This document shows, piece by piece, positions 38,402 to 47,967 of a stretch of DNA of 64,000 nt (the first letter of the stretch is position 1; the number at the start of each line of letters is the position of its first letter). The DNA lies in the IMG/VR virus record IMGVR_UViG_3300049740_001611; one strand, written 5' to 3'. Below the pieces are notes generated by a model, which did no database searches, was not told the origin of the DNA, and worked only from the letters and a program-made list of their open reading frames with translations. The position numbers and the translations under genes were made by a program. Source of the stretch: an uncultured virus (IMG/VR IMGVR_UViG_3300049740_001611) (taxonomy: Duplodnaviria; Heunggongvirae; Uroviricota; Caudoviricetes).

Positions 38402-38402
38402 T

Positions 38403-38840
38403 ATGGCACATTTTGCACAAGGCAAATTCACTCTAAAAAATCCTAAAAAATATATGGGTAATAAAACACCAACGTATAGATCAGGTTGGGAGTTTACCTT
38501 CATGAAGTTTTGTGACGAACATCCTAGTGTTAGTCAATGGGCTAGTGAATCAATACGTATCCCTTACAGAAACCCATTTACTGGTAAACAAACTATATAT
38601 GTGCCAGACTTTTTTATTGTATATGCTGATAAGAATGGAAAACAACGTGTTGAACTAGTTGAAGTTAAACCTAGTAGTCAAGCAGTAAAAGAAAAGTTAG
38701 GAAGATCTAAACATAATCAAGCACATTATGTTGTTAATCAAGCAAAGTGGGAAGCAGCTAGAGCCTGGTGTAAACAAAAAGGTGTATATTTCCGTATTGT
38801 TACTGAACAAGATATTTTTCATAACGGACGTAGACGATAA
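38403..38840 (+). CDS. Head completion nuclease, T4 gp4-like (TnsA/PD-(D/E)xK fold)
   Basis: YRSGWE, WASE, IPY, YVPDF, LVEVKP, NQAKWEAA, FRIVTE. Confidence 0.88.
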   Translation: MAHFAQGKFTLKNPKKYMGNKTPTYRSGWEFTFMKFCDEHPSVSQWASESIRIPYRNPFTGKQTIYVPDFFIVYADKNGKQRVELVEVKPSSQAVKEKLGRSKHNQAHYVVNQAKWEAARAWCKQKGVYFRIVTEQDIFHNGRRR

Positions 38841-38869
38841 ATAATAGTAGCATATAATGGACTGGACGC

Positions 38870-39373
38870 ATGACAAAAAAATTAGAAGATCTTCTTAACT
38901 TACCTGACGCAAAAGAAATTATACAAGAAGCAGAAGCCCAAGAAGAAGAACAACAAAAATATCAAATAGAAGAAACTAATAAAACTATGCGTGACATTGC
39001 AGAGTTTGATAAAATTAGTTCGGCACTTCCGCAAGTAAAAGGCCTAGGCGAAATGGCTGATAAAGAACTTAATGAAGTTGCAGATAAAGCTATGACAGCA
39101 TATGAAGACTTAATGGATTTAGGTATGAATGTTGAACAACGCTATAGTGGTAGAGTGTTTGAAGTAGCTGGCACTTTTCTTAAAACAGGACTTGATGCTA
39201 AAATTGCTAAATTAGACAAAAAATTAAAAATGGTAGACTTACAACTTAAAAAAGAAAAGTTAGATAAAGACAATTCTAAAATAGACGGCGAAATGGTAAA
39301 CGGAGAAGGTTACGTAGTTACTGATAGGAACAGTCTATTAGAGAAGTTAAAAGGTCTTGATAAAGATAAATAA
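38870..39373 (+). CDS. Putative terminase small subunit, gp16-like
   Basis: Helical, 167 aa; GRVFEVAG resembles the RxxEV motif of gp16; upstream of the large terminase; ATAAATA at 38837-38843. Confidence 0.5.
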   Translation: MTKKLEDLLNLPDAKEIIQEAEAQEEEQQKYQIEETNKTMRDIAEFDKISSALPQVKGLGEMADKELNEVADKAMTAYEDLMDLGMNVEQRYSGRVFEVAGTFLKTGLDAKIAKLDKKLKMVDLQLKKEKLDKDNSKIDGEMVNGEGYVVTDRNSLLEKLKGLDKDK

Positions 39374-39399
39374 TACATATAGAACAGGATCATTGCGCA

Positions 39400-39960
39400 A
39401 TGAGATCATTTAAAGAAATACTAACTGAATCAAAAAAGACATACGAATTTAAAATTGGTATTGCTGGACCAGATTGTACACCCGAGTGTGTAGAAAAAAT
39501 GGAAACTTGCCTTAAGAAATACAGTGTTGTAAATATTACTCCAGGTAAGAAAACACCAATCCAAGAACGTCCTTTAGATTTTCCACAGTTACAAAACACA
39601 GAAGTTACTTACTTCGAAGCAGAAGTTGAATATCCAACTACTAGTCAAGTGCTACAAGAATACATAGCACGTTGTTGTGGACTTGATCAATCGTATATTA
39701 TTGTACGTAATGCAAATGACCCAAGAGAAGAGTATCAAGAAACTAAAGATGATACTCCATATGAAGCAATGCTAGGCAAAGAAGATATGGGCGGCGAAAG
39801 CGCACAAGATTCAGTAGCAGGTAGTCGCGTAATGGACTTACTTAAAGAATTAGAAATTGCTCGCAAAGAAAACGAACACAGTGGTGCAGAAGGCGCACCA
39901 GTTGGAGAGTCGTCGGATATTGGCGATGCAGAAAACACTAAAGCAGTTGTAGGAGGCTGA
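39400..39960 (+). CDS. Putative head-internal/prohead protein (186 aa)
   Basis: N-terminus MRSFKEILTE resembles T4 internal-protein capsid-targeting sequences ending in a gp21 site; ATAAATA at 39366-39372. Confidence 0.5.
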   Translation: MRSFKEILTESKKTYEFKIGIAGPDCTPECVEKMETCLKKYSVVNITPGKKTPIQERPLDFPQLQNTEVTYFEAEVEYPTTSQVLQEYIARCCGLDQSYIIVRNANDPREEYQETKDDTPYEAMLGKEDMGGESAQDSVAGSRVMDLLKELEIARKENEHSGAEGAPVGESSDIGDAENTKAVVGG

Positions 39961-39964
39961 TATT

Positions 39965-40807
39965 ATGAATATGAAAAAATTAATTGAATCAATGGATCAC
40001 ATTGAAGAATGTGGAATGACTGAAGATCCTATGCCAACTGCGATGCCAGGTGCAGATGCAGGACAACCAGTGTCAATGAATGTAAGCATTAATGCTAGTG
40101 GTAAAGATCATGTAGCTGACCTTATTGATATGATGAAAAACGCAGGCATGTCAGCAGCAGAACCAGTTGGTGCTCCAAGTTTAGGTATGCGTGGCGATAT
40201 GGAAAAGTTCCGTTCAGCAATGGATGATGATCCAGAAATTCCAGGCGATGATGATAATCCAGATGATACAGATTTAAAAGCAGGAACGTTAGGTGCTATT
40301 GGAGGCGGCGCTTTAGGAATGGCTCTAGGCGGACCACTAGGAGCATTGACAGGTGCAGCAGCAGGCGATTCATTAACTGATGAAGAACTTGCTACAGAAG
40401 ACGATCTTGAAGAATATGCAAACGAACCTGATCCACAGTACGGCGATATGAGCGATGCTATTCCAGATGGCAATGATTTAAATCGTAAGAAGAAAGCATA
40501 CGCCGCTACACAAGATGGCGATAACCCAATGGCTGTTGAAGCAATCAAAGCAACACTAATGGCAGCACTTGCTGAAAAGAAAAAACCAGACGCAAATAAG
40601 AATGGTATTCCTGATTATGCAGAAGACGGCAAAGGTCCAAACGATCTTGCTAAAGGCAAAAAAGGTAGCAAGCCTAAAAAAGGCGAAGTACCTCCACAGT
40701 TTAAGAAAAAAGGTACTGACGAAGGCGGCCAAACAAAAGACTGTCCAAAGTGCGGCGCACCAGGTAAAAAAGAATTAATGGCGTGTTCAAGCTGCGGTTG
40801 TAGTTAA
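39965..40807 (+). CDS. Putative modular head-internal protein (280 aa) with a glycine-zipper segment and C-terminal CxxC...CxxC
   Basis: SD AGGAGG; acidic/basic low-complexity blocks separated by [ILM]-x-E sites; AGTLGAIGGGALGMALGGPLGALTGAAAG; CPKC...CSSC. Confidence 0.5.
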   Translation: MNMKKLIESMDHIEECGMTEDPMPTAMPGADAGQPVSMNVSINASGKDHVADLIDMMKNAGMSAAEPVGAPSLGMRGDMEKFRSAMDDDPEIPGDDDNPDDTDLKAGTLGAIGGGALGMALGGPLGALTGAAAGDSLTDEELATEDDLEEYANEPDPQYGDMSDAIPDGNDLNRKKKAYAATQDGDNPMAVEAIKATLMAALAEKKKPDANKNGIPDYAEDGKGPNDLAKGKKGSKPKKGEVPPQFKKKGTDEGGQTKDCPKCGAPGKKELMACSSCGCS

Positions 40808-40820
40808 TAAGGAAAGATAA

Positions 40821-41216
40821 ATGGTAGCAGTAACAAGAGTAAACGGATCAGGACTATCAACAGCAGGAAATGTTTTCAGCAATGGCGCTGTATTCGCTTT
40901 TAAAATTTTAGTAAAAATTGCAAACGGTACAGCAGTTGATCTGAGAGCAGAAGATGATGCTATTGACGAAGTAGTAGAAGCAATTTGCAAAGAACTTAAT
41001 CCTTTAATTTATCATACTACTGACGATGCCAGTGGTACAATGACTGTAGTATGTGATACATTTGATAATCACTTAGACTTACAACATAGAATTAGATTAA
41101 TAGGTGGCGATTGGACTAGATCTACCAATACATACGCTGTTTCAGCAGTTGGACCAAATAACATTGATACAAGCGGTACATTAGTTACTCATGCGGCAAC
41201 ATTAGTAGCCACATAA
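40821..41216 (+). CDS. Hypothetical virion protein (131 aa)
   Basis: SD AAGGA; followed by a strong terminator. Confidence 0.55.
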   Translation: MVAVTRVNGSGLSTAGNVFSNGAVFAFKILVKIANGTAVDLRAEDDAIDEVVEAICKELNPLIYHTTDDASGTMTVVCDTFDNHLDLQHRIRLIGGDWTRSTNTYAVSAVGPNNIDTSGTLVTHAATLVAT

Positions 41217-41248
41217 TATAATATAAAAAACATCCCCCCAGCAAACTC

Positions 41249-41275
41249 AATAGGCTCTTCGGAGCCTATTTTTTT
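41249..41275 (+). terminator. Rho-independent terminator with C(UUCG)G tetraloop
   Basis: AATAGGCTC-TTCG-GAGCCTATT followed by TTTTT. Confidence 0.9.
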
Positions 41276-41289
41276 CAATAAATATACGT

Positions 41290-42870
41290 ATGGCAGCATC
41301 ATTAGACGGCGTCTTAATTAAAAAGGCGAACAAACAAGAAACATATACTAACGAGCAAGTTGAAGAACTGCTAAAGTGTATGGATCCTGACGAAGGTTAT
41401 TTACACTTTGCAAAACACTTTGCTTTTATTCAACATCCTGTAAAAGGTAAGTTGCTGTTTGATCCTTATGAGTATCAGTTGCGTTTGATGCACTCATATC
41501 ACAATTATCGCTTTAACATTAACATGATGCCTAGACAAACAGGCAAAACTACATGTGCTAGTATCTATCTAGCATGGTATGCTATGTTTAAACCTGATCA
41601 AACTATTCTTGTAGCAGCGCACAAATATACAGGTGCGCAAGAAATTATGTCACGCATACGCTTTGTATACGAAACTTGTCCAGATCATATTAGAGCAGGT
41701 GTTGTAAGCTATAACAAACAATCAATTGAATTTGAAAATGGATCACGTATTGTAGCGCAGACTACAACAGGTAATACAGGACGTGGTATGAGTATCTCGT
41801 TACTATACTGTGACGAGTTTGCATTTGTGCAACCTAATATTGCTGAAGAGTTTTGGACATCAATATCACCTACACTAGCAACAGGTGGTCGTGCTATTAT
41901 TACTAGTACACCTAACTCAGATGAAGATACATTTGCTACTATTTGGAAACAAGCAGAACAAAAGTTTGATACACATGGTAATGAGCAAGAGCTAGGTATA
42001 AATGGATTTCATAGTTTTGTTGCACAATGGGAAGAACATCCTGATCGTGACGAAAAATGGAAAGTAGAAGAAATTGGTCGTATTGGTGAAGAAAAGTTTA
42101 GACGCGAATACGGTTGTGAGTTCTTAGTATTTGACGAAACATTAATTAATTCAATTAAACTTTCTGCACTTGAAGGTACTAATCCTGTACTTAATATGGG
42201 ACAAACACGTTGGTACAAAAAGCCAACTAATCAGTATACATATGCTGTTGCACTTGACCCGAGTATGGGCACTGGTGGCGACTATGCTGCAATACAGATA
42301 TTTGAACTACCCAGCTACGAACAAGTAGGCGAATGGCAACATAATACTACTGCTATACCAGGACAAGTTCGGGTACTTGCAGATATATGCAAATACTTAG
42401 AACAAGAAACTAACAATCCTCAAGGCATATACTGGAGTGTTGAAAACAACGGTATTGGCGAAGCATGTCTAATTGTTATTAATGATTTTGGCGAAGAGAA
42501 CATACCTGGACTTTTTGTAAGCGAACCAATGCGCAAAGGACATGTAAGAAAGTTCCGCAAAGGCTTTAATACTACACACAGTTCAAAAGTTACTGCATGT
42601 AGTAGATTAAAGACTATGATAGAAAACGATAAAATGTCTGTTAATTCAAAACCTTTTATTAGCGAATTAAAGGGTTTTATTGCAACAGGATCGAGTTATC
42701 AAGCAAAACCCGGCATGTCAGATGATCTTGTTAGTGCAACACTATTAGCAATAAGAATGATGGATGTACTAAAAGACTGGGATCCTAGAGTATACAGCAC
42801 TTTTACACAAGCAGAAGATTTAGAAGATTACGAAGCACCAATGCCGATCTTCATTAGCAGTAACTATTGA
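41290..42870 (+). CDS. Terminase large subunit, T4 gp17-like
   Basis: YEYQ, Walker A PRQTGKT, Walker B LLYCDEFAFV, ITSTPN, FRREYGCEF, nuclease motifs ALDPSMGTGGD, VENN, DDLV. Confidence 0.95.
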   Translation: MAASLDGVLIKKANKQETYTNEQVEELLKCMDPDEGYLHFAKHFAFIQHPVKGKLLFDPYEYQLRLMHSYHNYRFNINMMPRQTGKTTCASIYLAWYAMFKPDQTILVAAHKYTGAQEIMSRIRFVYETCPDHIRAGVVSYNKQSIEFENGSRIVAQTTTGNTGRGMSISLLYCDEFAFVQPNIAEEFWTSISPTLATGGRAIITSTPNSDEDTFATIWKQAEQKFDTHGNEQELGINGFHSFVAQWEEHPDRDEKWKVEEIGRIGEEKFRREYGCEFLVFDETLINSIKLSALEGTNPVLNMGQTRWYKKPTNQYTYAVALDPSMGTGGDYAAIQIFELPSYEQVGEWQHNTTAIPGQVRVLADICKYLEQETNNPQGIYWSVENNGIGEACLIVINDFGEENIPGLFVSEPMRKGHVRKFRKGFNTTHSSKVTACSRLKTMIENDKMSVNSKPFISELKGFIATGSSYQAKPGMSDDLVSATLLAIRMMDVLKDWDPRVYSTFTQAEDLEDYEAPMPIFISSNY

Positions 42871-42880
42871 TAAATACAAT

Positions 42881-45451
42881 ATGAACGAGTTTGACAAAAT
42901 AAGTGAAGATCTTTTCAATAAGATACGTGGACGTTTTCCAAATGTTACAATCGGCGCTGCCGACGGTAAAGTAACTAATCAACCTAACCTAGCAAGATTT
43001 TTTGATTTTGATTATAACGGATTGGGCAAAGTAAGTGTTGCTATTGACGAAGACGACGGATTGACAATTATATATAGTAAAGACTTTATGCAAAACGAAG
43101 ATGAGCTAACTAAAGAAGCCTGGTATGATTTCCTAAAAGAATTACGTGTTTTTAGTAAGAAACGTATGTTAGATTATAGCGTAAGAGATATTACAAAGTC
43201 AAATTTAAATAAAAGAGATTATAACTTCTTAGCAAAAACCCCTGAGGACGGACAAATGACAGAATCAAAACTTTATGGCACAAGCCGTATTAGCTATCAA
43301 AAAGTAGGCGAAGCACGTATTGTAATTAAACACACTGAAGGTGTTAATCAAGAAAGTGCAACAGGACGTACACAAAAAATTGGTAAAATTTATATTGAAA
43401 GTGCTGATGGCGAAAGATTCCGTTATCCATTCAAACACCTAAGTGGTGCTAGAGCAATGGCAAGACACGTTGCAGAAGGTGGAAACACATATGATGACTT
43501 TGGTAAACATATTGTAGGTTTATCAGAAGAGATGGCAAAATTACGCAAGTTTAAAAACTACATGGGCCGTTCAGCTGTAATGGCAGAAAGCCTAGCAGGG
43601 TATGTAGATGTTGTTAAAGAGCGTATTAGTACAGTTAAGAAAACAATTGCATCACTTCAAAAGCCAGCATACTATGCAGAAGCATTTGCAGCATTTGAAA
43701 CACCAATAATGGAAGATGTACCAGCAGACGTAAAAGAAAACTGGATTGACCAATTAACTATCAAACAGTTTAACGAAGAACTATCAGATGTATTTCCGTA
43801 CATTTATAAACTAGTAAGTGAAGCTACTAAAGCAACAGAACTAGGGCCAGAAGAATTGGTTGACGAAGCAAGCAAAGGCATTGAAGCAATGAAAAAAGCA
43901 GGCAATGCAAAAGCAGATGCAGAGGCAAAGGAACGGGCGAAAAAAGACAAGTCGGTAGAAGAAGGTCCATTTAAAGGTGTCGGTAAAACTTTAATGAAAA
44001 GAAAACTTGACAAACAATATAAAAAATCAGACCTTGCAAATTTTGATAAATCAGGAATTGACACAAGTGGAAAAACGCCTGATGAGATTGGACAAATGAA
44101 GTCAGATTATTATCATAGCCATATGGACAAGGCGGATAAAGCAAAAAAAGCTAAAAACCGTTTATCAAGAGAAGAAATTGAAATAGAGCAAGGCTTTGAA
44201 GAAATGATGGGTCAGTTTGGTGAAGAACGTACAGACGAATTTTTTCCAGCATTAGCTATTCCTGCATTAATAACTGCGGCAAGAATAGCAGCACCAAAAC
44301 TTATACAGATAGGCGCAAAGATACTTACTAAAGGAGCGCAAGGCGCAGGCACAGTTGCTAAAGGCGCAGGCAAAGTAGCAATTAAAAATCCAGGAACTAC
44401 AGCAGCAGTAGGCGGTGGCGCATATGTTGGCAAAAAAGCAGGCGATGCTATTGATGCAGTAGGCGACATGGCAAGCGACCTTGCAACTTCAGCAAGTGAT
44501 TTAATTGCAAAAGCTGAAGGCGGAGTTGAAGCTATTCAGGGTGAGATTTCAGCATTTTTAGGCGGTAATGCAGTTAAACAAGTTGCAGCAATGGCAGCAA
44601 AATACGCACTACCTGCACTAGCAGTAGTTGCATTATTATATGGCGGCAAAAAAGTAATTGACATGCTTAAAAGCAAAGACGATGACAACATGCAAACTGC
44701 TTCTATGGAAGAAGACGATCTTGAAGAAGCATACATTAACACAAGTAAAGATGCAGTTGAAGTACTAGGCGCACTACGTGGCAAAGGAAAAGCAATCGAA
44801 CGTGGACAAGATGACGATCAAGGCAACTTAGCAAATCAGTACGTAAGCGATGTATGGGATGTGTATTCATTTATTGAAGCAAGAACAAATGGATTTAGCG
44901 GACTAGACAAAAATGCCAAAGCTGCAATTGAAGGAATGATGAAACTACGTGGCGAAGCAAAGAAATTAGAAACTAAGCCAGGTTCGGGTAAGAACGCACG
45001 TTTCGGTAATGCTATTGTAACTGCATTGTATCCTGTAATGGAATATCTATATACAACAGACTTTGATAGAAACAAAAAAGAAGACGACACTGACGAAGGC
45101 AATGCATACGCACACGCTGTAAAGAAAGCCAAAATGAACGGCAAGAAAAAAGGCGATAAAATTGATGGTCCAGACGGTGACGAGATTACACTTGAAAAGG
45201 ACGATAAGACACCATTAGGCGAATTTATACTGAGTTATTTTGATAAAGAATCAGGCGAATTTCCAAAAGGCGAAACAGCAGTATTAACAATGGTAGAAAA
45301 AGATTACGGCGAGCAGTTCATAGAACCTGCTAAGGCGTTTATTGAACAAATACAAGCAAAGTTTGAAGAGTTCCAAATGCATACACAACCACAGCAAATG
45401 GAAGCACCAGACGAATATGAAAGAATGAGAGAGTTAGCTGGTTTAAGATAA
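42881..45451 (+). CDS. 856-aa modular protein, putative head-internal/ejection polyprotein
   Basis: Globular-looking N-terminal 320 aa, then charged and hydrophobic modules separated by x-x-E junctions (LVDE, SVEE, RTDE, DLEE, DTDE); ends RMRELAGL. Confidence 0.55.
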   Translation: MNEFDKISEDLFNKIRGRFPNVTIGAADGKVTNQPNLARFFDFDYNGLGKVSVAIDEDDGLTIIYSKDFMQNEDELTKEAWYDFLKELRVFSKKRMLDYSVRDITKSNLNKRDYNFLAKTPEDGQMTESKLYGTSRISYQKVGEARIVIKHTEGVNQESATGRTQKIGKIYIESADGERFRYPFKHLSGARAMARHVAEGGNTYDDFGKHIVGLSEEMAKLRKFKNYMGRSAVMAESLAGYVDVVKERISTVKKTIASLQKPAYYAEAFAAFETPIMEDVPADVKENWIDQLTIKQFNEELSDVFPYIYKLVSEATKATELGPEELVDEASKGIEAMKKAGNAKADAEAKERAKKDKSVEEGPFKGVGKTLMKRKLDKQYKKSDLANFDKSGIDTSGKTPDEIGQMKSDYYHSHMDKADKAKKAKNRLSREEIEIEQGFEEMMGQFGEERTDEFFPALAIPALITAARIAAPKLIQIGAKILTKGAQGAGTVAKGAGKVAIKNPGTTAAVGGGAYVGKKAGDAIDAVGDMASDLATSASDLIAKAEGGVEAIQGEISAFLGGNAVKQVAAMAAKYALPALAVVALLYGGKKVIDMLKSKDDDNMQTASMEEDDLEEAYINTSKDAVEVLGALRGKGKAIERGQDDDQGNLANQYVSDVWDVYSFIEARTNGFSGLDKNAKAAIEGMMKLRGEAKKLETKPGSGKNARFGNAIVTALYPVMEYLYTTDFDRNKKEDDTDEGNAYAHAVKKAKMNGKKKGDKIDGPDGDEITLEKDDKTPLGEFILSYFDKESGEFPKGETAVLTMVEKDYGEQFIEPAKAFIEQIQAKFEEFQMHTQPQQMEAPDEYERMRELAGLR

Positions 45452-45498
45452 CTAGCTAACCCACTTATAAGTTTTATTTCTTTTTCTTTAAAAAAGAC

Positions 45499-45526
45499 TT
45501 GACAAATATTGTAGCGATGTTATACT
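45499..45526 (+). promoter_or_regulatory. Sigma70-type promoter for gp32-uvsX-uvsY
   Basis: TTGACA (45499-45504), 16-bp spacer, TATACT (45521-45526) with an extended -10 TG. Confidence 0.75.
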
Positions 45527-45610
45527 AATAACTGTGCTACAAACTTAATAGGCACAACGTAGCAATGTAGCTACATAACACGACATAGGCATTTATAGGA
45601 GGCATTAACT

Positions 45611-46600
45611 ATGGCATCATTAGCAGAAATTCGAGCTAAACTAAAAGAACAAGAAAGCCGTGCATCAGGCGGCGGAAGCGGATCAAACGGTCCAAACCCA
45701 ATTTACCCATTTTGGAATATTAAAGAAGGCGAGAGTTGTACTCTACGTTTCCTTCCTGATGGAGACGCAGATAATACTTTCTTTTGGAAAGAACGTTTGA
45801 TGATCAAACTTCCTTTCGCAGGTATTAAAGGTGAAACTGATTCACGTCCAGTACAAGTACAAATTCCATGTATGGAAATGTACGGCGAGACATGTAACAT
45901 TCTTAATGAAGTGCGTGGCTGGTTTAAAGATTCAAGTCTTGAAGACATGGGTCGTAAGTATTGGAAGAAGCGTTCATATGTATTTCAAGGCTTCGTAACA
46001 GATAATCCAATTGCTGATGATCAAGCACCTGATAATCCTATTAGGCGTTTCATTATTGGTCCACAAATCTTCCAGATCATTAAGACAGCATTAATGGATC
46101 CAGACATGGAAGAAATGCCAACTGACTATACAGCAGGTGTAGACTTCCGTCTTAACAAGACAAGCAAAGGCGGCTATGCAGACTATGGCACATCAAACTG
46201 GGCACGTAGAGATCGTCCATTAGGTGATGCAGAAATGTCTGCAATTGATACACACGGTCTGTTTACGTTGTCAGATTTCCTACCTAAACAGCCAGACGCA
46301 ACTGCACAAAAAGTGATGCAGGAGATGTTTGAAGCGTCAGTAGACGGCGAAGCATACGATCCTGATCGATGGAGCAACTATTTCCGTCCTGCAGGTATGC
46401 AAGCACGTACTGGTGATCCCCAAGTAGCAGCAAGCCCACAAGCAACTGCTGTAAGTCAAAGTGCGCCAGTAGCACCGACACCAGTAGTAGAAACTGCACC
46501 AGCGCCAGAAGCAACTCCAGCGCCAGCGGCTGAAGCAGCGCCTACAGAAGGTGGCAATGCTCAAGATATCTTGGCAATGATTAGGTCACGTCAACAGTAA
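45611..46600 (+). CDS. Single-stranded DNA-binding protein, T4 gp32-like
   Basis: LRFLPDGD, KYWKKRSY, GVDFRLNKTSKGGYADY; Ala/Pro-rich tail; SD AGGAGG; upstream of uvsX. Confidence 0.85.
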   Translation: MASLAEIRAKLKEQESRASGGGSGSNGPNPIYPFWNIKEGESCTLRFLPDGDADNTFFWKERLMIKLPFAGIKGETDSRPVQVQIPCMEMYGETCNILNEVRGWFKDSSLEDMGRKYWKKRSYVFQGFVTDNPIADDQAPDNPIRRFIIGPQIFQIIKTALMDPDMEEMPTDYTAGVDFRLNKTSKGGYADYGTSNWARRDRPLGDAEMSAIDTHGLFTLSDFLPKQPDATAQKVMQEMFEASVDGEAYDPDRWSNYFRPAGMQARTGDPQVAASPQATAVSQSAPVAPTPVVETAPAPEATPAPAAEAAPTEGGNAQDILAMIRSRQQ

Positions 46601-46605
46601 TAATT

Positions 46606-46627
46606 TATGGGGGAGAAGTCCCCCATA
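46606..46627 (+). terminator. Hairpin between gp32 and uvsX (attenuator or terminator)
   Basis: TATGGGGGA-gaag-TCCCCCATA, with a T-tract a few nt downstream. Confidence 0.55.
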
Positions 46628-46652
46628 TAGCTTTTTAGATTAGGAGAATAAT

Positions 46653-47747
46653 ATGGCTAATAAGGCATTTGATCCGACTAAGTTTCGGACGGCACTAACT
46701 AAGTCCATATCAGGTATGAGTGCAGGATTTAACGATCCTACTGATTGGATTAGTACAGGTAACTTCGCACTCAACTATCTTATTTCAGGAGACTTCAACA
46801 GAGGTGTTCCGATGGGTAAGGTAACGGTGTTTGCAGGAGAGTCAGGCGCAGGTAAAAGTTATATCTGTGCAGGCAACATTGTAAAAGCAGCACAAGAACA
46901 AGGCATCTTTGTAGTACTAATTGACTCAGAGAACGCACTTGACGAATCGTGGCTACATGCTCTTAATGTAGACACATCAGAGGACAAACTACTAAAACTC
47001 AACATGTCAATGATTGATGACGTTGCTAAAACTATTAGTACGTTTATGATAGACTACAAAGCAATGAACGAAGAAGACCGTCCTAAGGTGTTGTTCGTTA
47101 TTGATAGTTTAGGTATGTTGCTAACACCTACAGATGTTGATCAGTTTAACAAAGGTGACATGAAAGGTGATATGGGTCGTAAGCCTAAGGCATTAACTTC
47201 ACTTGTTCGTAACACAGTTAACATGATTGGTTCACATAACGTAGGACTTGTATGTACTAATCACACATATGCATCACAAGATATGTTTGATCCAGATGAC
47301 AAGATCAGTGGTGGACAAGGCTTCATTTATGCATCAAGTATTGTTGTTGCTATGAAGAAACTTAAACTAAAAGAAGACGAAGATGGTAACAAGATCAGTC
47401 AAGTTATGGGTATCCGTGCTGGCTGTAAAGTTATGAAGACTCGTTACGCTAAACCTTTTGAAGGTGTACAAGTTAAGATTCCATACGAAACTGGTATGAA
47501 TCCGTATAGTGGCTTGCTTGAACTGTTTGAAGCAAAAGACATTATTAAAAAGCAAGGAAACAGACTTGCGTACACTACACTTGATGGTGAAGAGATCCTT
47601 GACTATCGTAAAAAGTGGGTAGGCGAAAACCTCGATAAAGTTATGTCAGACTACTTAGTAAAAGAGTCACAAGTGGTAAATACCGCTGAAGTTGACGACG
47701 AAGAAGCAACTGACGATAATCTTATTGAGGAAGCGTTTAATGAATGA
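46653..47747 (+). CDS. uvsX: RecA-like recombinase
   Basis: Walker A GESGAGKS, LIDSENA, VIDSLGML, TNHTY, SGGQG, KTRYAKP. Confidence 0.92.
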   Translation: MANKAFDPTKFRTALTKSISGMSAGFNDPTDWISTGNFALNYLISGDFNRGVPMGKVTVFAGESGAGKSYICAGNIVKAAQEQGIFVVLIDSENALDESWLHALNVDTSEDKLLKLNMSMIDDVAKTISTFMIDYKAMNEEDRPKVLFVIDSLGMLLTPTDVDQFNKGDMKGDMGRKPKALTSLVRNTVNMIGSHNVGLVCTNHTYASQDMFDPDDKISGGQGFIYASSIVVAMKKLKLKEDEDGNKISQVMGIRAGCKVMKTRYAKPFEGVQVKIPYETGMNPYSGLLELFEAKDIIKKQGNRLAYTTLDGEEILDYRKKWVGENLDKVMSDYLVKESQVVNTAEVDDEEATDDNLIEEAFNE

Positions 47748-47967
47748 AGAGAACATTGCCGACATTTGGACTTTGTTTAAGGAATATCTAGACAAAAAAC
47801 AAATAGAAATTGTAGCTGAAAAATTTATTGATCTTATGGCCGATTACGGAGTTTCAGATGAAATGTTGAAAGAAGTAATGGGTCATGATGCAACATTAGA
47901 TGAAGCTATTCATTATTATCTAGACCTAGATAATATAGATGACGATGAAGAAGAATGGGATGAATAA
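47740..47967 (+). CDS. Small acidic hypothetical protein (75 aa)
   Basis: ATG 47740 with SD GAGG; coupled to both neighbours. Confidence 0.6.
   Translation: MNEENIADIWTLFKEYLDKKQIEIVAEKFIDLMADYGVSDEMLKEVMGHDATLDEAIHYYLDLDNIDDDEEEWDE

Noticed and set aside
4392..46564. Many 60-150 aa antisense or alternate-frame ORFs in the track (for example 4392-4772, 21497-21865, 40108-40548)
   Set aside because: They lie wholly within long, motif-supported genes and are explained by the scarcity of stops on the antisense strand of biased codons.
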